In this document: one piece after another, positions 8,000-17,591 of the stretch
Numbering within the stretch: the stretch's first letter is position 1
How the letters are laid out: each line of letters starts with the position of its first letter
Source: Thermoanaerobaculia bacterium
GTDB lineage: Bacteria; Acidobacteriota; Thermoanaerobaculia; Gp7-AA8
DNA length: 64,000 nt
Direction: 5' to 3'
NCBI GenBank assembly: GCA_963715895.1
Contig: OY970284.1
Span: 4,899,892-4,963,891 of the forward strand
Notes under the pieces: generated by a model
Told to the model about the DNA's origin: nothing
The model's database searches: none
What the model saw: only the letters and a program-made list of their open reading frames with translations
Position numbers and translations under genes: made by a program

Positions 8000-9713
8000 G
8001 TGCGAATTGCGAAGCTCATCAAAAGCAGGCAAAGTACTCCGCCCGCTGGCCGAGCGGCTCTTCGCACAACTGCGAACCATGGGACAAGTGGCTGACCGGA
8101 AGTCAGCCGGCCCCGAGGACAACGCAATGCTCATCCAGAGGCTAAGCGCCGTCTTGAGCTTTCTCTACATTTTGGAAGCCCAAGCTGATTTGACATTCGA
8201 GGATGGCGAGGCGCCGATCCTCTACAACACGAAGGGATGGCCTGCCGGCTCTCCACCCGCGGGCTGGACGTCGATGAGCGCCGGCGTTCTGCCGTCACAA
8301 CTCGTGACATCCTGGCTCGCATTCTGGACGGGGAGCGCGTTTGAGGAAGAAAAACGGCCGTCTGTTCGCCGCCTCGTCAAAGCCGCCGGCTGGCTTCTGA
8401 TGACAACGGATCTGGCCACGGCGATCAGATACCTTTTCGATCTCCTGCGGAGTGGAGTCGTGATCGACGAAGATGACGTTGCACAATCCGCCGACGCGCT
8501 AATCAGGGCATATCGTGCTGCGGCCGATGACGACGACGTACCGCACCTGATCTTCGGTCAGGCATTGCCGCTCGCGCCGGCCATGCTAATCGACGCGGAC
8601 CCATCCTACGTCGGCAATCGGCAGCTCAGGCGGCCGTTGCCACCCGACATCGGCGAAATCCTGATTCAGACGGCAATCGATGAAATCGACCACACACGCG
8701 AGACAACTAGCTACGATACGTGGTTCGTTCAGCAGATCGTCCTCGGGAAAGTATTAGGGGCCGTAGGATCATTGCTGACGGAACATGCCCCCCCCACCCC
8801 GGGCCTGACCGCTCTTCTCGATCAATTCGAGGAGATGACGGCTGACGGTTTCGGCATACGTCTCGTGACCGCAGCCTATGGAATGGTCGAGCAGATTACG
8901 ACCTTTTCTCATTCGTTCTCGCTGATTTTTAAGGGCTCCGGTGATCCCGATTGGCGTGATAGATTCCTAACCGAGCGGGCGCTCGTCCCGAATTCAATCT
9001 CCGGCCTGCTCCTCGACGCGCCAGCGGCACTCCCACCGGAATGGCAGGGCATTTCTTCCGAGCTTGCTCCAGCCGTTGCCACGGTCGTACTCCGCGGCGG
9101 CGATCATTTCAGCCTATCTCGTCAAGTACCGTTTACCCCTGCAGAGCTGATCGCTTCAGAGAGAGTGAGAAAAATTCTCGCAGAAATCAGCATCGTCGAT
9201 GATTCAACAGCGCTCGCTGCTGTCTGCGACCTCCTCGATACGGCAAGACCAGAGCCTGCACAGAAAGCGAACGTGGACCTGGATCAACTGCTCGGTTCTG
9301 ATGTGACAACGTCGTCATCGACAGAAGAAGACGCGCGCGGCGCTAAACGCGAAGCTCGCGATGATTTCAAAGCCAGGTTGCTGCTTGCTGCGGCGATCGA
9401 CGAAGCGAATCCTCAGATCAAACACTCGATGAACGCACTCTATGCTGATCGCATACGCCAACTTGAAGGATTGGCCGGACTTTATCCCTGGCACGCCTCG
9501 ATTCAGTTAGAGCTTGCCATCGCCCTCGACGAAAATGGTGAGCACGGACGCGCTCTCAATCACATTGAAAAAGCGCTCATGCTCGAGCCTATGGAATCGC
9601 TGCACTGGCACTCGTTCAGCGTCATTTTGTTACACGAGTCCCTGCCTGACGAAGCCCGGATCGCCTTCATGATGAAAGAATGGCTCGCTTCGCGCGCTGA
9701 CCGCGCCGAGTAG
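7992..9713 (+). CDS. hypothetical protein (573 aa) with helical/TPR-like C-terminus
   Basis: The start overlaps the upstream gene by 8 nt. The C-terminal ~120 aa look like TPR-like helical repeats (ALYADRIRQLEGLAGLYPWHASIQLELAIALDENGEHGRALNHIEKALMLEP). Confidence 0.55.
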   Translation: MRECELRSSSKAGKVLRPLAERLFAQLRTMGQVADRKSAGPEDNAMLIQRLSAVLSFLYILEAQADLTFEDGEAPILYNTKGWPAGSPPAGWTSMSAGVLPSQLVTSWLAFWTGSAFEEEKRPSVRRLVKAAGWLLMTTDLATAIRYLFDLLRSGVVIDEDDVAQSADALIRAYRAAADDDDVPHLIFGQALPLAPAMLIDADPSYVGNRQLRRPLPPDIGEILIQTAIDEIDHTRETTSYDTWFVQQIVLGKVLGAVGSLLTEHAPPTPGLTALLDQFEEMTADGFGIRLVTAAYGMVEQITTFSHSFSLIFKGSGDPDWRDRFLTERALVPNSISGLLLDAPAALPPEWQGISSELAPAVATVVLRGGDHFSLSRQVPFTPAELIASERVRKILAEISIVDDSTALAAVCDLLDTARPEPAQKANVDLDQLLGSDVTTSSSTEEDARGAKREARDDFKARLLLAAAIDEANPQIKHSMNALYADRIRQLEGLAGLYPWHASIQLELAIALDENGEHGRALNHIEKALMLEPMESLHWHSFSVILLHESLPDEARIAFMMKEWLASRADRAE

Positions 9714-9865
9714 TTGGGGGCACAGAAACATATGTTTGATCTGGACTGCTGACGCCCATGTACGCCGCCGCTCCCAACCAAAGAGGACCACGCTGAACTA
9801 CTCTGTTTGACCGAACCCATCGCTCGGAGGAATGGTTCACCCATTGCAAACGAAGGAGGACCAAC

Positions 9866-10339
9866 ATGGCCACGAAGAAGACAACCAAGGCAAAGTCACC
9901 CGCGAAGAAGGCGACGAAACGGCCGGCCCCGAAGAAGGCGAAAGCGGACAACACGCTTCGTCTCACCTCGGCCAGCCCCAGCTTCACCGTCAACGACATC
10001 GAGAAGAGCCTGGCCTGGTATCGAGACGTCCTCGGTTTGACTGTCAGTGAGCGGTGGGAGGACGGCGGCAAGCTGCTGGGCGTCGAGATGGCCGCCGGCG
10101 ATGTGTCGTTCATGATCGGGCAGGACGACTGGAAGAAGGGGCGCGATCGGGTCAAGGGCGTCGGCGTGCGACTGTACTGCATGACCGATCAGGACATCGA
10201 TACGCTCGCGGCGCGGATCAAGGCGAACGGCGGAACGCTGGAGGGACCGATGGACACGCAGTGGGGCACCCGTGAGTTGGCGGTCGACGATCCGGACGGA
10301 TACAAGATCACCATCGCGAAAGAGACCAGGAAGCGGTAG
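9866..10339 (+). CDS. VOC (glyoxalase/bleomycin-resistance fold) protein with Lys/Ala/Pro-rich histone-H1-like N-terminal tail
   Basis: A GAAGGAGG RBS precedes the gene. The N-terminus MATKKTTKAKSPAKKATKRPAPKKAKA is followed by a VOC-like core (FTVNDIEKSLAWYRDVLGLTV ... GVRLYCMTDQDID ... LAVDDPDGYKITI). Confidence 0.7.
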   Translation: MATKKTTKAKSPAKKATKRPAPKKAKADNTLRLTSASPSFTVNDIEKSLAWYRDVLGLTVSERWEDGGKLLGVEMAAGDVSFMIGQDDWKKGRDRVKGVGVRLYCMTDQDIDTLAARIKANGGTLEGPMDTQWGTRELAVDDPDGYKITIAKETRKR

Positions 10340-10371
10340 CCGCGAATCCCGTTCACCGCAACGTTAGCTTC

Positions 10372-11418
10372 GTGGCGATACAAGGGCTGAGCATGCATAA
10401 TGTCAGTCGCGCACTCCTCATCCTTGTCTGCACGATCGGTCTAACCGCAAGTGCCGCGGACCTCGCCTACACCATTCACATGCAAGCGCTGCCAGGCGCC
10501 AGTGCTGACGGGATCGGGATGGACTACATCAGCTTCGATCCCGGCACGCACACGGTCTGGGTTCCGGCGGGGAACACCGGCGCGGTCGACGTCGTCGATC
10601 CTGCGAACGGCAAGGTGCGGCAGATCACCGGCTTCCCGACGGCGGAGATGGGGAGCGGCGACCGGAAGCGCGTCGTCGGTCCCAGCTCCGTCACCATTGG
10701 CAGCGGAACGATCTATATCGGCAACCGCGGCGACTCCACCGTATGCGCCGTGAACCCGAAGACGCTCGTGCGCGGCACCTGTCACAAGGTCGACTCGATG
10801 CCCGACGGCCTCGCCTACGTTGCGTCGACGAAGGAAGTGTGGGTGACGACGCCACGCGACAAATCGATCCGCATCCTCGATGCGGTCACGCTGAACGAAA
10901 AGGCCAAGCTCACCTTCGACGGCAATCCCGAGGGCTTCGCTGTCGATGGGAAGCGCGGCCGCTTTTATACCAACATGGAAGACAAAGACCTGACGCTGGC
11001 CATCGATCTGAAGTCGCACAAGACGGTGGCCACCTGGAAGCCGGCCTGCGGGGAGGACGGTCCGCACGGATTGCGCGTCGACGAGAAAGCGGGCCAGCTC
11101 TTCATCGCCTGCAGTGCGCGCGCCGAGGTAATGGACGTGGCCCACGACGGCGCGGTGCTCTCGTCGATCGATACCGGCGACGGTGTTGACGACATCGACT
11201 ACAGCGATGCCACACATCTGCTGTATGTCGGCGCGGCCAAGGCCGGCCTGCTCACAGTTGCCCGCGCCGACGCCAACGGCAAGCTGGTCATCGTGGCCAA
11301 GGTACCGACGCACACCGGCGCCCGGAACCCCGCGGTCACGAGTGACGGAACGGTCTACCTGGCACACTCAGGGCTCGGTAAGCTTAGCGATCTGGTCGTA
11401 GCAACGCCGAGGAAGTAG
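10372..11418 (+). CDS. secreted YVTN-family beta-propeller repeat protein
   Basis: A signal-peptide-like N-terminus (the true start may be the internal ATG at 10393, MHNVSRALLILVCTIGLTASA) is followed by repeated short beta-blade segments (GAVDVVDPANGKV, DGLAYVASTKEVWV, GFAVDGKRGRFY). Confidence 0.65.
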   Translation: MAIQGLSMHNVSRALLILVCTIGLTASAADLAYTIHMQALPGASADGIGMDYISFDPGTHTVWVPAGNTGAVDVVDPANGKVRQITGFPTAEMGSGDRKRVVGPSSVTIGSGTIYIGNRGDSTVCAVNPKTLVRGTCHKVDSMPDGLAYVASTKEVWVTTPRDKSIRILDAVTLNEKAKLTFDGNPEGFAVDGKRGRFYTNMEDKDLTLAIDLKSHKTVATWKPACGEDGPHGLRVDEKAGQLFIACSARAEVMDVAHDGAVLSSIDTGDGVDDIDYSDATHLLYVGAAKAGLLTVARADANGKLVIVAKVPTHTGARNPAVTSDGTVYLAHSGLGKLSDLVVATPRK

Positions 11419-11491
11419 CAATCGATCTCACGCGAAGGCGCGAAGGCGCGAAGAGAACCGACAACCGATAACCGACAACGCGGCGACGCCG

Positions 11492-12469
11492 CTACTTCAT
11501 CATCTCCCGCTCCGTCGACTGCTTGCGTTGCACGTCGGTGGCGAGGTTGAAGGTGAGGATGATCTTGCCGAGCCGGACGAGATCGCCGTCGGCGAGCAGG
11601 CGTTTTTCGGTGAGCTTCTCGCTGTTGACGAAGGTCCCGTTCCGGCTGCCGACGTCCTCGATCACGAAGCCCTCGGCGGTGCGGACGACTTGCGCGTGCT
11701 TTGCAGAAACGCTCACGTCGCGCAGAGCGATCGTGTTCGCCGGCGTGCGGCCGACCGTCGACGTTTCTTCGAGCAGCGGATGCATCGTCCCATCGTCAGC
11801 AGTCAGCGTGGCCACCAGCTCGTGCTCTGTGGTGGGCGGCGGGGGCGGAGGTGGAGGTGCTGGCTCCGGCTCGGGCTCGGGCGGCGGAGGGGGAACTGGA
11901 GCGGGCTCCACTTTCCGCTCGCGTGCGGTGGCATCCGCGTCGATCATCGGCTCGATCAGACCCGTCATCTGCAGACGTTTGATGATCGGGTAGAGATCGA
12001 CAGCAGCGCGTCCGCTATCGGCGCGCAGTTGCGCAAGCGATTTGCCGCTGCCGACCTGGAAAAGGATCTGGAACTCCTCGGCGGTGATGTTGATCTCGCC
12101 CGGCGGCCGGTTGACGACGCGGAATTTGAGGCTGTCGTCAGGATAAAGATCGTTGACACGCCGCGCCTCGTCGTTGCGCTCCTCGGCCTCGGCGATGACC
12201 GAGGCGATGGCCACCGGTAAGGCTCCCTCGGGCAAAACGACGTCATCGAGAAAGGTGAAGGTGCCGTCGCTCCATCCGAGGAGTTTCGCCACGACGCCGG
12301 CGGCATCGCCATCTCCCTCGGCCGCGACGATCCGGCCGTCGCCAATCGCCAGCCGCAGTCGCTGACCGCCCGATTCCGCATCGAACGTGCCGTTGTGGGA
12401 GTTGCCGAGAAACGTAAGCAACTCCTTCACCGTGAAGTATTGAAGGCTTCCCTGCAGAACGACGCGCAT
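11492..12469 (-). CDS. DUF4388 (PatA-like) N-terminal domain plus C-terminal FHA domain protein with proline-rich linker
   Basis: The N-terminus GSLQYFTVKELLTFLGNSHNGTF is DUF4388-like. The linker is PAPVPPPPPEPEPEPAPPPPPPPP. The C-terminus TVGRTPANTIALRDVSVSAKHAQVV...SRNGTFVN...GDLVRLG is an FHA domain. Confidence 0.75.
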   Translation of the reverse strand: MRVVLQGSLQYFTVKELLTFLGNSHNGTFDAESGGQRLRLAIGDGRIVAAEGDGDAAGVVAKLLGWSDGTFTFLDDVVLPEGALPVAIASVIAEAEERNDEARRVNDLYPDDSLKFRVVNRPPGEINITAEEFQILFQVGSGKSLAQLRADSGRAAVDLYPIIKRLQMTGLIEPMIDADATARERKVEPAPVPPPPPEPEPEPAPPPPPPPPTTEHELVATLTADDGTMHPLLEETSTVGRTPANTIALRDVSVSAKHAQVVRTAEGFVIEDVGSRNGTFVNSEKLTEKRLLADGDLVRLGKIILTFNLATDVQRKQSTEREMMK

Positions 12470-12486
12470 GCCCGGAGTTTATCAGC

Positions 12487-12528
12487 GCAAAACAACGAGG
12501 ACCGCGCAGAACGCGCGGTCCTCGTTTT
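12487..12528 (-). terminator. rho-independent terminator (13-bp perfect GC-rich stem, 5-nt loop, flanking T-tract) downstream of the DUF11 gene
   Basis: ACGAGGACCGCGC-agaac-GCGCGGTCCTCGT spans 12495-12525. On the minus strand it is followed by TTGTTTTG. It lies 7 nt downstream of the minus-strand stop at 12535, and has T-runs on both strands. Confidence 0.65.
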
Positions 12529-12534
12529 CAATCC

Positions 12535-14025
12535 TCAGTGATTCGGCCCGCGACCGGGCACGACGTGGATGGATACGGTGCTGCTGTTGTTTCCGGGAAC
12601 AGGATCGGACGTGGCGGACGAAACCGTCGCCGTGTTTGAGACCGTCTCGGACTTTGTCACCGGCGGGGCGGTGATCACCAGGGTGATCGGGGGGGCTGGA
12701 CCGAGGGCGAGCGTCGGTGCGGTGCAGGTGACGGTGCCGGCGGAGAAGCCGCAACTCCATCCGGATCCTGTGGCGCTCACGAAACCGGAACCGGCCGGGA
12801 GCACGTCGGTGACCGAGACCGACGACGCGGACGTGGGGCCGTTGTTCGTCACGGCCAGGGTGTAGGTGACCGGGGCGCGGGCGAAGGCCGGCTGGTCGCC
12901 GAGGTTGGCGGTCTTGGTGATGGTCAGATCGGCGCTGCCGGCGGTCATGAAATTCGTGACCTCCGACAGCTCGGTCGACGACATGCATTGCTGGGCGTTG
13001 GCCCCGAACGCTGCCAGGTTTGCTGCCTGCGCCGCGGCCGCGGCCTTCGTTCCCAGGCCCGTCGCGTAGTTCACGATGATCTTTGTCTGGCCGGGGTTGA
13101 GCGTGATCGCGTACGACCAGAAGGGATTGTCGTCACCGCTGACGAAGTTGATGTTCGACACTGGCGTCGTGGCGCCGGTTCCCTGGAAGACATGCCCGAT
13201 CCGTGGATCGCTCGATGTGGTGCCGGAGAAATTCTGGAAAGAGGTGGCCCAGAGGTCGCCCGGGGTGACGATGGCATCACCGCTCGACGTCGTCACCACG
13301 ATGGTATTGCTGTCCGAGCCGAGGTTGTTCGACGTGATCATGGTGAACGTGATGGGAGCGGCGGAGGTGTTGGTGAAGAGGTTCATCCAGCGGATGTACC
13401 GGTCATTCGTCGGGACGTAGACCTTTCGTTGCACGCTCAAACCGCCGATGGTCTGCGGGGGCAGGACGACCTGCCGGTTGACGCACTCGGGAACCGCCGG
13501 CACGCCCGAGTCGAACGTAGCCGGACCGTTCTTGTTGTACATGACGAAGTTCGGGTTGCCGGTGCTGCAGGGCCCGATACTGTTCGTCAAGCTCACGCAG
13601 AGGGCGTTGTACCCGTCGAACATGTCGTTCAGCGTCGACGTCGTCGTGCCGCCGGCGACGGTGCTGGCGACGACCGGAATCGTATAGGACGCTTCCGAAG
13701 CGGCGCCCGAGGCCGAAGAGCTGGTGCTGAAGGTGATGTTCGTATTGATGAAGTACTTCAGGCCGGCGGCATCGATGAGACCGATGGAGCCGGTGGCGGT
13801 GGCCCTGGGATGGAACGACTGGCCGACCGGCGTCAGCCCTGAGTAGGTGTGGCGTGCACGCTTGGCGGCGTGCTTTGCGGCGTTCGCCGCGGCGGTACTG
13901 GCCCGGTCGGCCTGCTGCGGTTTGAGGTTACGAAGCGTCGACCCCTTGTCGGTCAAGGCGATGTCGGCGAGTGCGGCGTGAGCGAAAAGCAAAAAGGCAA
14001 AGACAAACCCGTATCGTTTCTTCAC
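12535..14025 (-). CDS. secreted adhesin-like protein with C-terminal DUF11 (conserved repeat) domain
   Basis: The signal peptide is MKKRYGFVFAFLLFAHAALA. The protein is Thr/Ser-rich. The C-terminus TYTLAVTNNGPTSASSVSVTDVLPAGSGFVSATGSGWSC matches the DUF11 repeat. Confidence 0.75.
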   Translation of the reverse strand: MKKRYGFVFAFLLFAHAALADIALTDKGSTLRNLKPQQADRASTAAANAAKHAAKRARHTYSGLTPVGQSFHPRATATGSIGLIDAAGLKYFINTNITFSTSSSASGAASEASYTIPVVASTVAGGTTTSTLNDMFDGYNALCVSLTNSIGPCSTGNPNFVMYNKNGPATFDSGVPAVPECVNRQVVLPPQTIGGLSVQRKVYVPTNDRYIRWMNLFTNTSAAPITFTMITSNNLGSDSNTIVVTTSSGDAIVTPGDLWATSFQNFSGTTSSDPRIGHVFQGTGATTPVSNINFVSGDDNPFWSYAITLNPGQTKIIVNYATGLGTKAAAAAQAANLAAFGANAQQCMSSTELSEVTNFMTAGSADLTITKTANLGDQPAFARAPVTYTLAVTNNGPTSASSVSVTDVLPAGSGFVSATGSGWSCGFSAGTVTCTAPTLALGPAPPITLVITAPPVTKSETVSNTATVSSATSDPVPGNNSSTVSIHVVPGRGPNH

Positions 14026-14345
14026 GATGTCTCCTCTCTCTAAGACAATTTTTCCGGGGGCCTGCGTACGGACTTCAATCTATGGCTGAATTCGGCAAAG
14101 TGCCAGCGGAAGACGTGAAAGAAATGTAAGAAGTGCGGCATGGCCACGTTGTCTGCGGCTTCGGCACGTTGTCGGTTGTCTCCGCGCTGCGGCGCGCGTG
14201 GCCGTTCCAGGCGAGAGCGCGGCGACGGCACAGACAACCGAGAACCAACAATGTGTCGAAGCTGCAGACCACCCGTATCCGGACGCTTCGCGCGCGACAT
14301 TCTCACCTCGGCGGCCCTGGCAGCGGCGGCCGCCTTCGCGATGAA

Positions 14346-14726
14346 CTACGTCATTCGCGTCGATGCCTGACCCAGCACGTACCGCCAGCCGGCCGGCGTC
14401 CGGACGTAGGTGTCGCTGAACCACAGCGTGTAGTCGAACGGCTGACCGTCCTCCGTCCCTTTCGCCTCCAGGAGCGCGGTGATCACGGCCGTGTCGCCCC
14501 AGAGGCGAACCGTCTGCTCGCGGTCGCGCTGGTACTCGTAGACGACGTTCCCTCTCCGCGCCTCGGCCAACAGGTCTTCCTTCGTGTAGACCTTCCCCTT
14601 GCCGCCGATCAGGACGAAGTCGTCGGCCAGGATGCGGTCCATCGCCGCGGCGTCGTTTCGCTCGACCGCGGCCTGGTATTCGGTATCGAGTGCGGCGACG
14701 GCCGCCGCGTCATCGTGGTTGCTCAT
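14346..14726 (-). CDS. NTF2-like (SnoaL/DUF4440-type) small protein
   Basis: MSNHDDAAAVAALDTEYQAAVERNDAAAMDRILADDFVLIGGKGKVYTKEDLL... matches the NTF2-fold DUF4440 pattern. The start is taken at the internal Met with upstream GGAGGAGA. Confidence 0.6.
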   Translation of the reverse strand: MSNHDDAAAVAALDTEYQAAVERNDAAAMDRILADDFVLIGGKGKVYTKEDLLAEARRGNVVYEYQRDREQTVRLWGDTAVITALLEAKGTEDGQPFDYTLWFSDTYVRTPAGWRYVLGQASTRMT

Positions 14727-14935
14727 GGTCTCCTCCGTTTCGAATGAAAACACGGCCCGTCGCCCTTCCGTTCGCGGCAATTTCCGTGATTTTGGGGGCC
14801 AGATGCCGCAAAATGCTACTTTCTAAAAACAACCGGGTAGGGAAATACCTCTCTGGAGTCTCTCCCATGAAGAGAATCCAAAGTAACCCGGTGTCCCGGG
14901 GGTTCGGGGGGCCGGGGAAAAGGGCGAGTAGAGAG

Positions 14936-15511
14936 ATGGCGGAGAGAGCGTCACTCATGGAGGAGAGGATTCTGCTTCGAAGTCTCAGCGGAGGCGACCG
15001 CGAGGCTTTCTGGCCGCTGTGGCTGGAGCACCGTCTCCACCTGTACAGCGTCTGTCTGCGGCAGATGCGGGGGTCGAAGGCCGATGCCCTCGACGCCGTC
15101 AGCCGCTCCATGCTGCTGGCCTTCCGCAAGCTGCCGGCGCATGCCACGAAAATCGAGAACCTGCAGGCCTGGTTGACGCGGCTCACGCGCAACGTCTGCG
15201 CCGACATCCGTCGCGAGCAGTTGCGGCTAAGCGCGGGCGGAGCGGGCGTCGACATCGACGAGATCGTCGCCGAAGAGATCGCCGCCGCCGATCCCAGCCC
15301 GTCTCCCGAGGAGGTCGCGCTGTCGAATGAAACGCGGATTCGGCTCCAACGCGCCATCGACAGCCTCCCCCCGCTTTTGCGCGGCGTGGCCCAGATGCGG
15401 TTTCTCCACGAAGCCTCGTACGAGGCGATCGCCAGCACGTTTTCGATCACGGAACCGACTGCGCGGAAGCGCGTGCAGCAGGCGCGGACGGTACTACGGT
15501 CATGCTGCTGA
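14936..15511 (+). CDS. ECF-type RNA polymerase sigma-70 family factor
   Basis: Region 2 (EAFWPLWLEHRLHLYSVCLRQM...AVSRSMLLAFRKL) and region 4 HTH (LLRGVAQMRFLHEASYEAIASTFSITEPTARKRVQQAR) are present. The upstream part of the listed ORF (from 14690) is probably not coding. Confidence 0.8.
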   Translation: MAERASLMEERILLRSLSGGDREAFWPLWLEHRLHLYSVCLRQMRGSKADALDAVSRSMLLAFRKLPAHATKIENLQAWLTRLTRNVCADIRREQLRLSAGGAGVDIDEIVAEEIAAADPSPSPEEVALSNETRIRLQRAIDSLPPLLRGVAQMRFLHEASYEAIASTFSITEPTARKRVQQARTVLRSCC

Positions 15512-17043
15512 CTTCACAAGGTTCACCCGGCGGCCGTCTTCCTTCCGACAACCAGACTGCCATGGACGCGTCGCTTGTAGTGACGGTCGGGCGCAGGCCG
15601 GAAGGCTTCGCCTTTCTCACGCCCGCTCCGGACTGGATCGAGCTGCGCGCCGACTTGGCTTGCGACATCGAGGCCGCGCACCTTCGCGCTCTGGCGCCGG
15701 CCACCTTGCTCTACACGTTACGTGGCGTGACAGGCGAGCGCCGGGAGCGCCTGCTGCGCGCGGCATCCTCCTTCGATCTGATCGATCTTGAGTCCACAGA
15801 TCTCGACGACACGATGCTTCTCCAACGCATCCGGCCGGAACGGCGGGTCATCACCTGGCGCGGCCGGGCGCGGACGATGGACGATCTCGAGGCCGCCCTT
15901 CGCGCGGTCCAGCGCGTCCCGGCGCGGCTGTACCGGCTCGAGGTGGAGGCGCCGCGCTGCAGCGAAACCCTGCTGCCGATGGCGCTTCTGAAGCGCGAGC
16001 AGCGACCCGATCTCACCGCCTACGCCGTCGGCGCGCTCGGACTCTGGACGCGCATCCTGGCCCCCCGCCTCGGCGCGCGGATCGTCTTCGGCGGCGACGA
16101 CGATCCGGTCGACGGCATGCTCTCGATGGAGCAGCTCATCGTCGACTACGGCTTCCCGCGCCTGGAGCCGGTCGACGAGCTCTTCGGCATCGTCGGCGAT
16201 CCGGTGCTCCGCTCGCTCTCCCCCCGCCTGCACAACGCCGGCTTCCGCGCTCTCGGCCGCCGCGCGCTCTACCTCCCCTTCCATGCTCCGGACTTCGCCG
16301 ACTTCTGGACGGCGCTGATCAACGATCGCGGCCTGGAGTCGCTCGGCGCCTCCGTCGGCGCGCTCTGCGTGGTCTCGCCGCACAAAGAGATCGCCGTCAG
16401 CGCCGCACCGGCCCGCACGCCGATGGTCTCCCGCACCTGCTCGACCAACTTCTTCGTCAACGAAGGGGGCCTCTGGACGGCCGACACCACCGACCCCGAG
16501 GGGGTGCTGCTGACGCTGCGGGAACGACGGGTGAAGCCGCGCGGCCAGCGCGTCGCCGTCGTCGGCTGCGGCGGCTCAGGACGCGCCATCGCCGCGGCGT
16601 TGCAACAGGCCGGCGCCGACGTCACCCTCGTCAACCGCGGGTTCGACCGCGCCTCACTGGCCATCCGGCTCCTGCAACTTCCGTTCGTGCCGCTGGCCAG
16701 CTTCTCGCCACGCGGCTACGACATCGTCGTCAACGCCACGCCGGTCGGCTATCGCGCCGGAGAGGTCCCCTTCGATCCGTCCGATCTCGGCGACGACGCC
16801 GTGGTGATCGATCTCGTCTACGGCCAGGAGCCGACCTCACTCGTCGCCGCCACCCGCGCCCGCGGCCAGGTCACGATCGACGGCCGCGACGTGCTGCGCA
16901 CGCAGGCCATGAGCCAGTTCCACCTCATGACCGGCGAACGGATGCCGGCCGAGGTCCCCGGCCGGATTCTCGGCTGGTATGCCGATGACGATGAACCGGT
17001 GGTCGCCGCGGGAGGAGAATCACACCCCACCCTACCGACATGA
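15502..17043 (+). CDS. bifunctional type-I dehydroquinase-like / shikimate dehydrogenase fusion
   Basis: The C-terminal half carries SDH motifs: GIVGDPVLRSLSPRLHNAGF, CVVSPHK (catalytic Lys), GCGGSGRAIAAAL, NATPVG. The N-terminal ~220 aa resemble type-I DHQase, but the Schiff-base Lys position appears to be Arg (LYRLEVEA). The start overlaps the sigma-factor stop; the true start may be the MDASLVV Met at ~15562. Confidence 0.7.
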   Translation: MLLTSQGSPGGRLPSDNQTAMDASLVVTVGRRPEGFAFLTPAPDWIELRADLACDIEAAHLRALAPATLLYTLRGVTGERRERLLRAASSFDLIDLESTDLDDTMLLQRIRPERRVITWRGRARTMDDLEAALRAVQRVPARLYRLEVEAPRCSETLLPMALLKREQRPDLTAYAVGALGLWTRILAPRLGARIVFGGDDDPVDGMLSMEQLIVDYGFPRLEPVDELFGIVGDPVLRSLSPRLHNAGFRALGRRALYLPFHAPDFADFWTALINDRGLESLGASVGALCVVSPHKEIAVSAAPARTPMVSRTCSTNFFVNEGGLWTADTTDPEGVLLTLRERRVKPRGQRVAVVGCGGSGRAIAAALQQAGADVTLVNRGFDRASLAIRLLQLPFVPLASFSPRGYDIVVNATPVGYRAGEVPFDPSDLGDDAVVIDLVYGQEPTSLVAATRARGQVTIDGRDVLRTQAMSQFHLMTGERMPAEVPGRILGWYADDDEPVVAAGGESHPTLPT

Positions 17044-17591
17044 GACCCCGCATGCTTCCGATCCTCCAAAGAACGCTCTTCATCGCGGTCATGCTGTTTG
17101 CGAACGGCGCGTGGGCCGCTCCGCTCAAGATCCCCGACGTGCCGGTCACGGATCAGGACGGAAAGCGGGCTCACTTCTACTCCGGTCTCGTGCACGGTCA
17201 CACGGTGGTGGTGAATTTCATCTTTACGCGTTGTACGACCATCTGCGGGACGATGGGAGCGAATTTCGGCAGACTCCAGCGGATCGTCGGCCACGACGTC
17301 GCGCTCATCTCCATCAGCGTCGATCCGATGGATACGCCGCCGATGCTGAAGGCATGGGGCGGGCTATGGGACCGCGGACCTCGATGGACGCTGGTCACCG
17401 GCGCGCGGGCCGACATCGACGCGCTGCGGCGGGCCTTCGGCGTATACAGTGCCGACTTCATCAATCACAGTGCCGTAACGTTCATCGGCAATGACACGAC
17501 GGGAGAATGGACACGCGTTGACGGCCTTGCGCCGGCGACGAGGATCGCATCGACAGTGAACAAGCTGGCGGAGAAGGAGAAGCCCCGATGA
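17040..17591 (+). CDS. SCO1/SenC family copper chaperone (thioredoxin-like)
   Basis: A signal/TM N-terminus is followed by the CxxxC motif FTRCTTICG and SISVDPMDTPP. Confidence 0.8.
   Translation: MRPRMLPILQRTLFIAVMLFANGAWAAPLKIPDVPVTDQDGKRAHFYSGLVHGHTVVVNFIFTRCTTICGTMGANFGRLQRIVGHDVALISISVDPMDTPPMLKAWGGLWDRGPRWTLVTGARADIDALRRAFGVYSADFINHSAVTFIGNDTTGEWTRVDGLAPATRIASTVNKLAEKEKPR

Noticed and set aside
12988-13842. 284-aa + ORF and other + ORFs inside 12.5-14.0 kb
   Set aside because: They are antisense to the DUF11 adhesin gene, with Arg/Gly/Asp-rich composition and no motifs.
14140-14370. Possible 39-aa Cys-containing small protein (MCRSCRPP...AAAAAFAMNYVIRVDA) upstream of the DUF11 gene
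   Set aside because: There is no Shine-Dalgarno-like sequence and it overlaps the NTF2-like gene 3' region and the adhesin promoter repeats. More likely it is regulatory DNA.
14690-14935. 5' extension of the sigma-factor ORF (273-aa call) and the upstream extension of the DegT (553 aa) and acyl-CoA dehydrogenase (487 aa) ORFs
   Set aside because: The extensions are Arg/Gly/Pro-rich, lack RBSs, and precede internal Met codons that have good RBS spacing and conserved N-terminal motifs. The shorter gene models were adopted.
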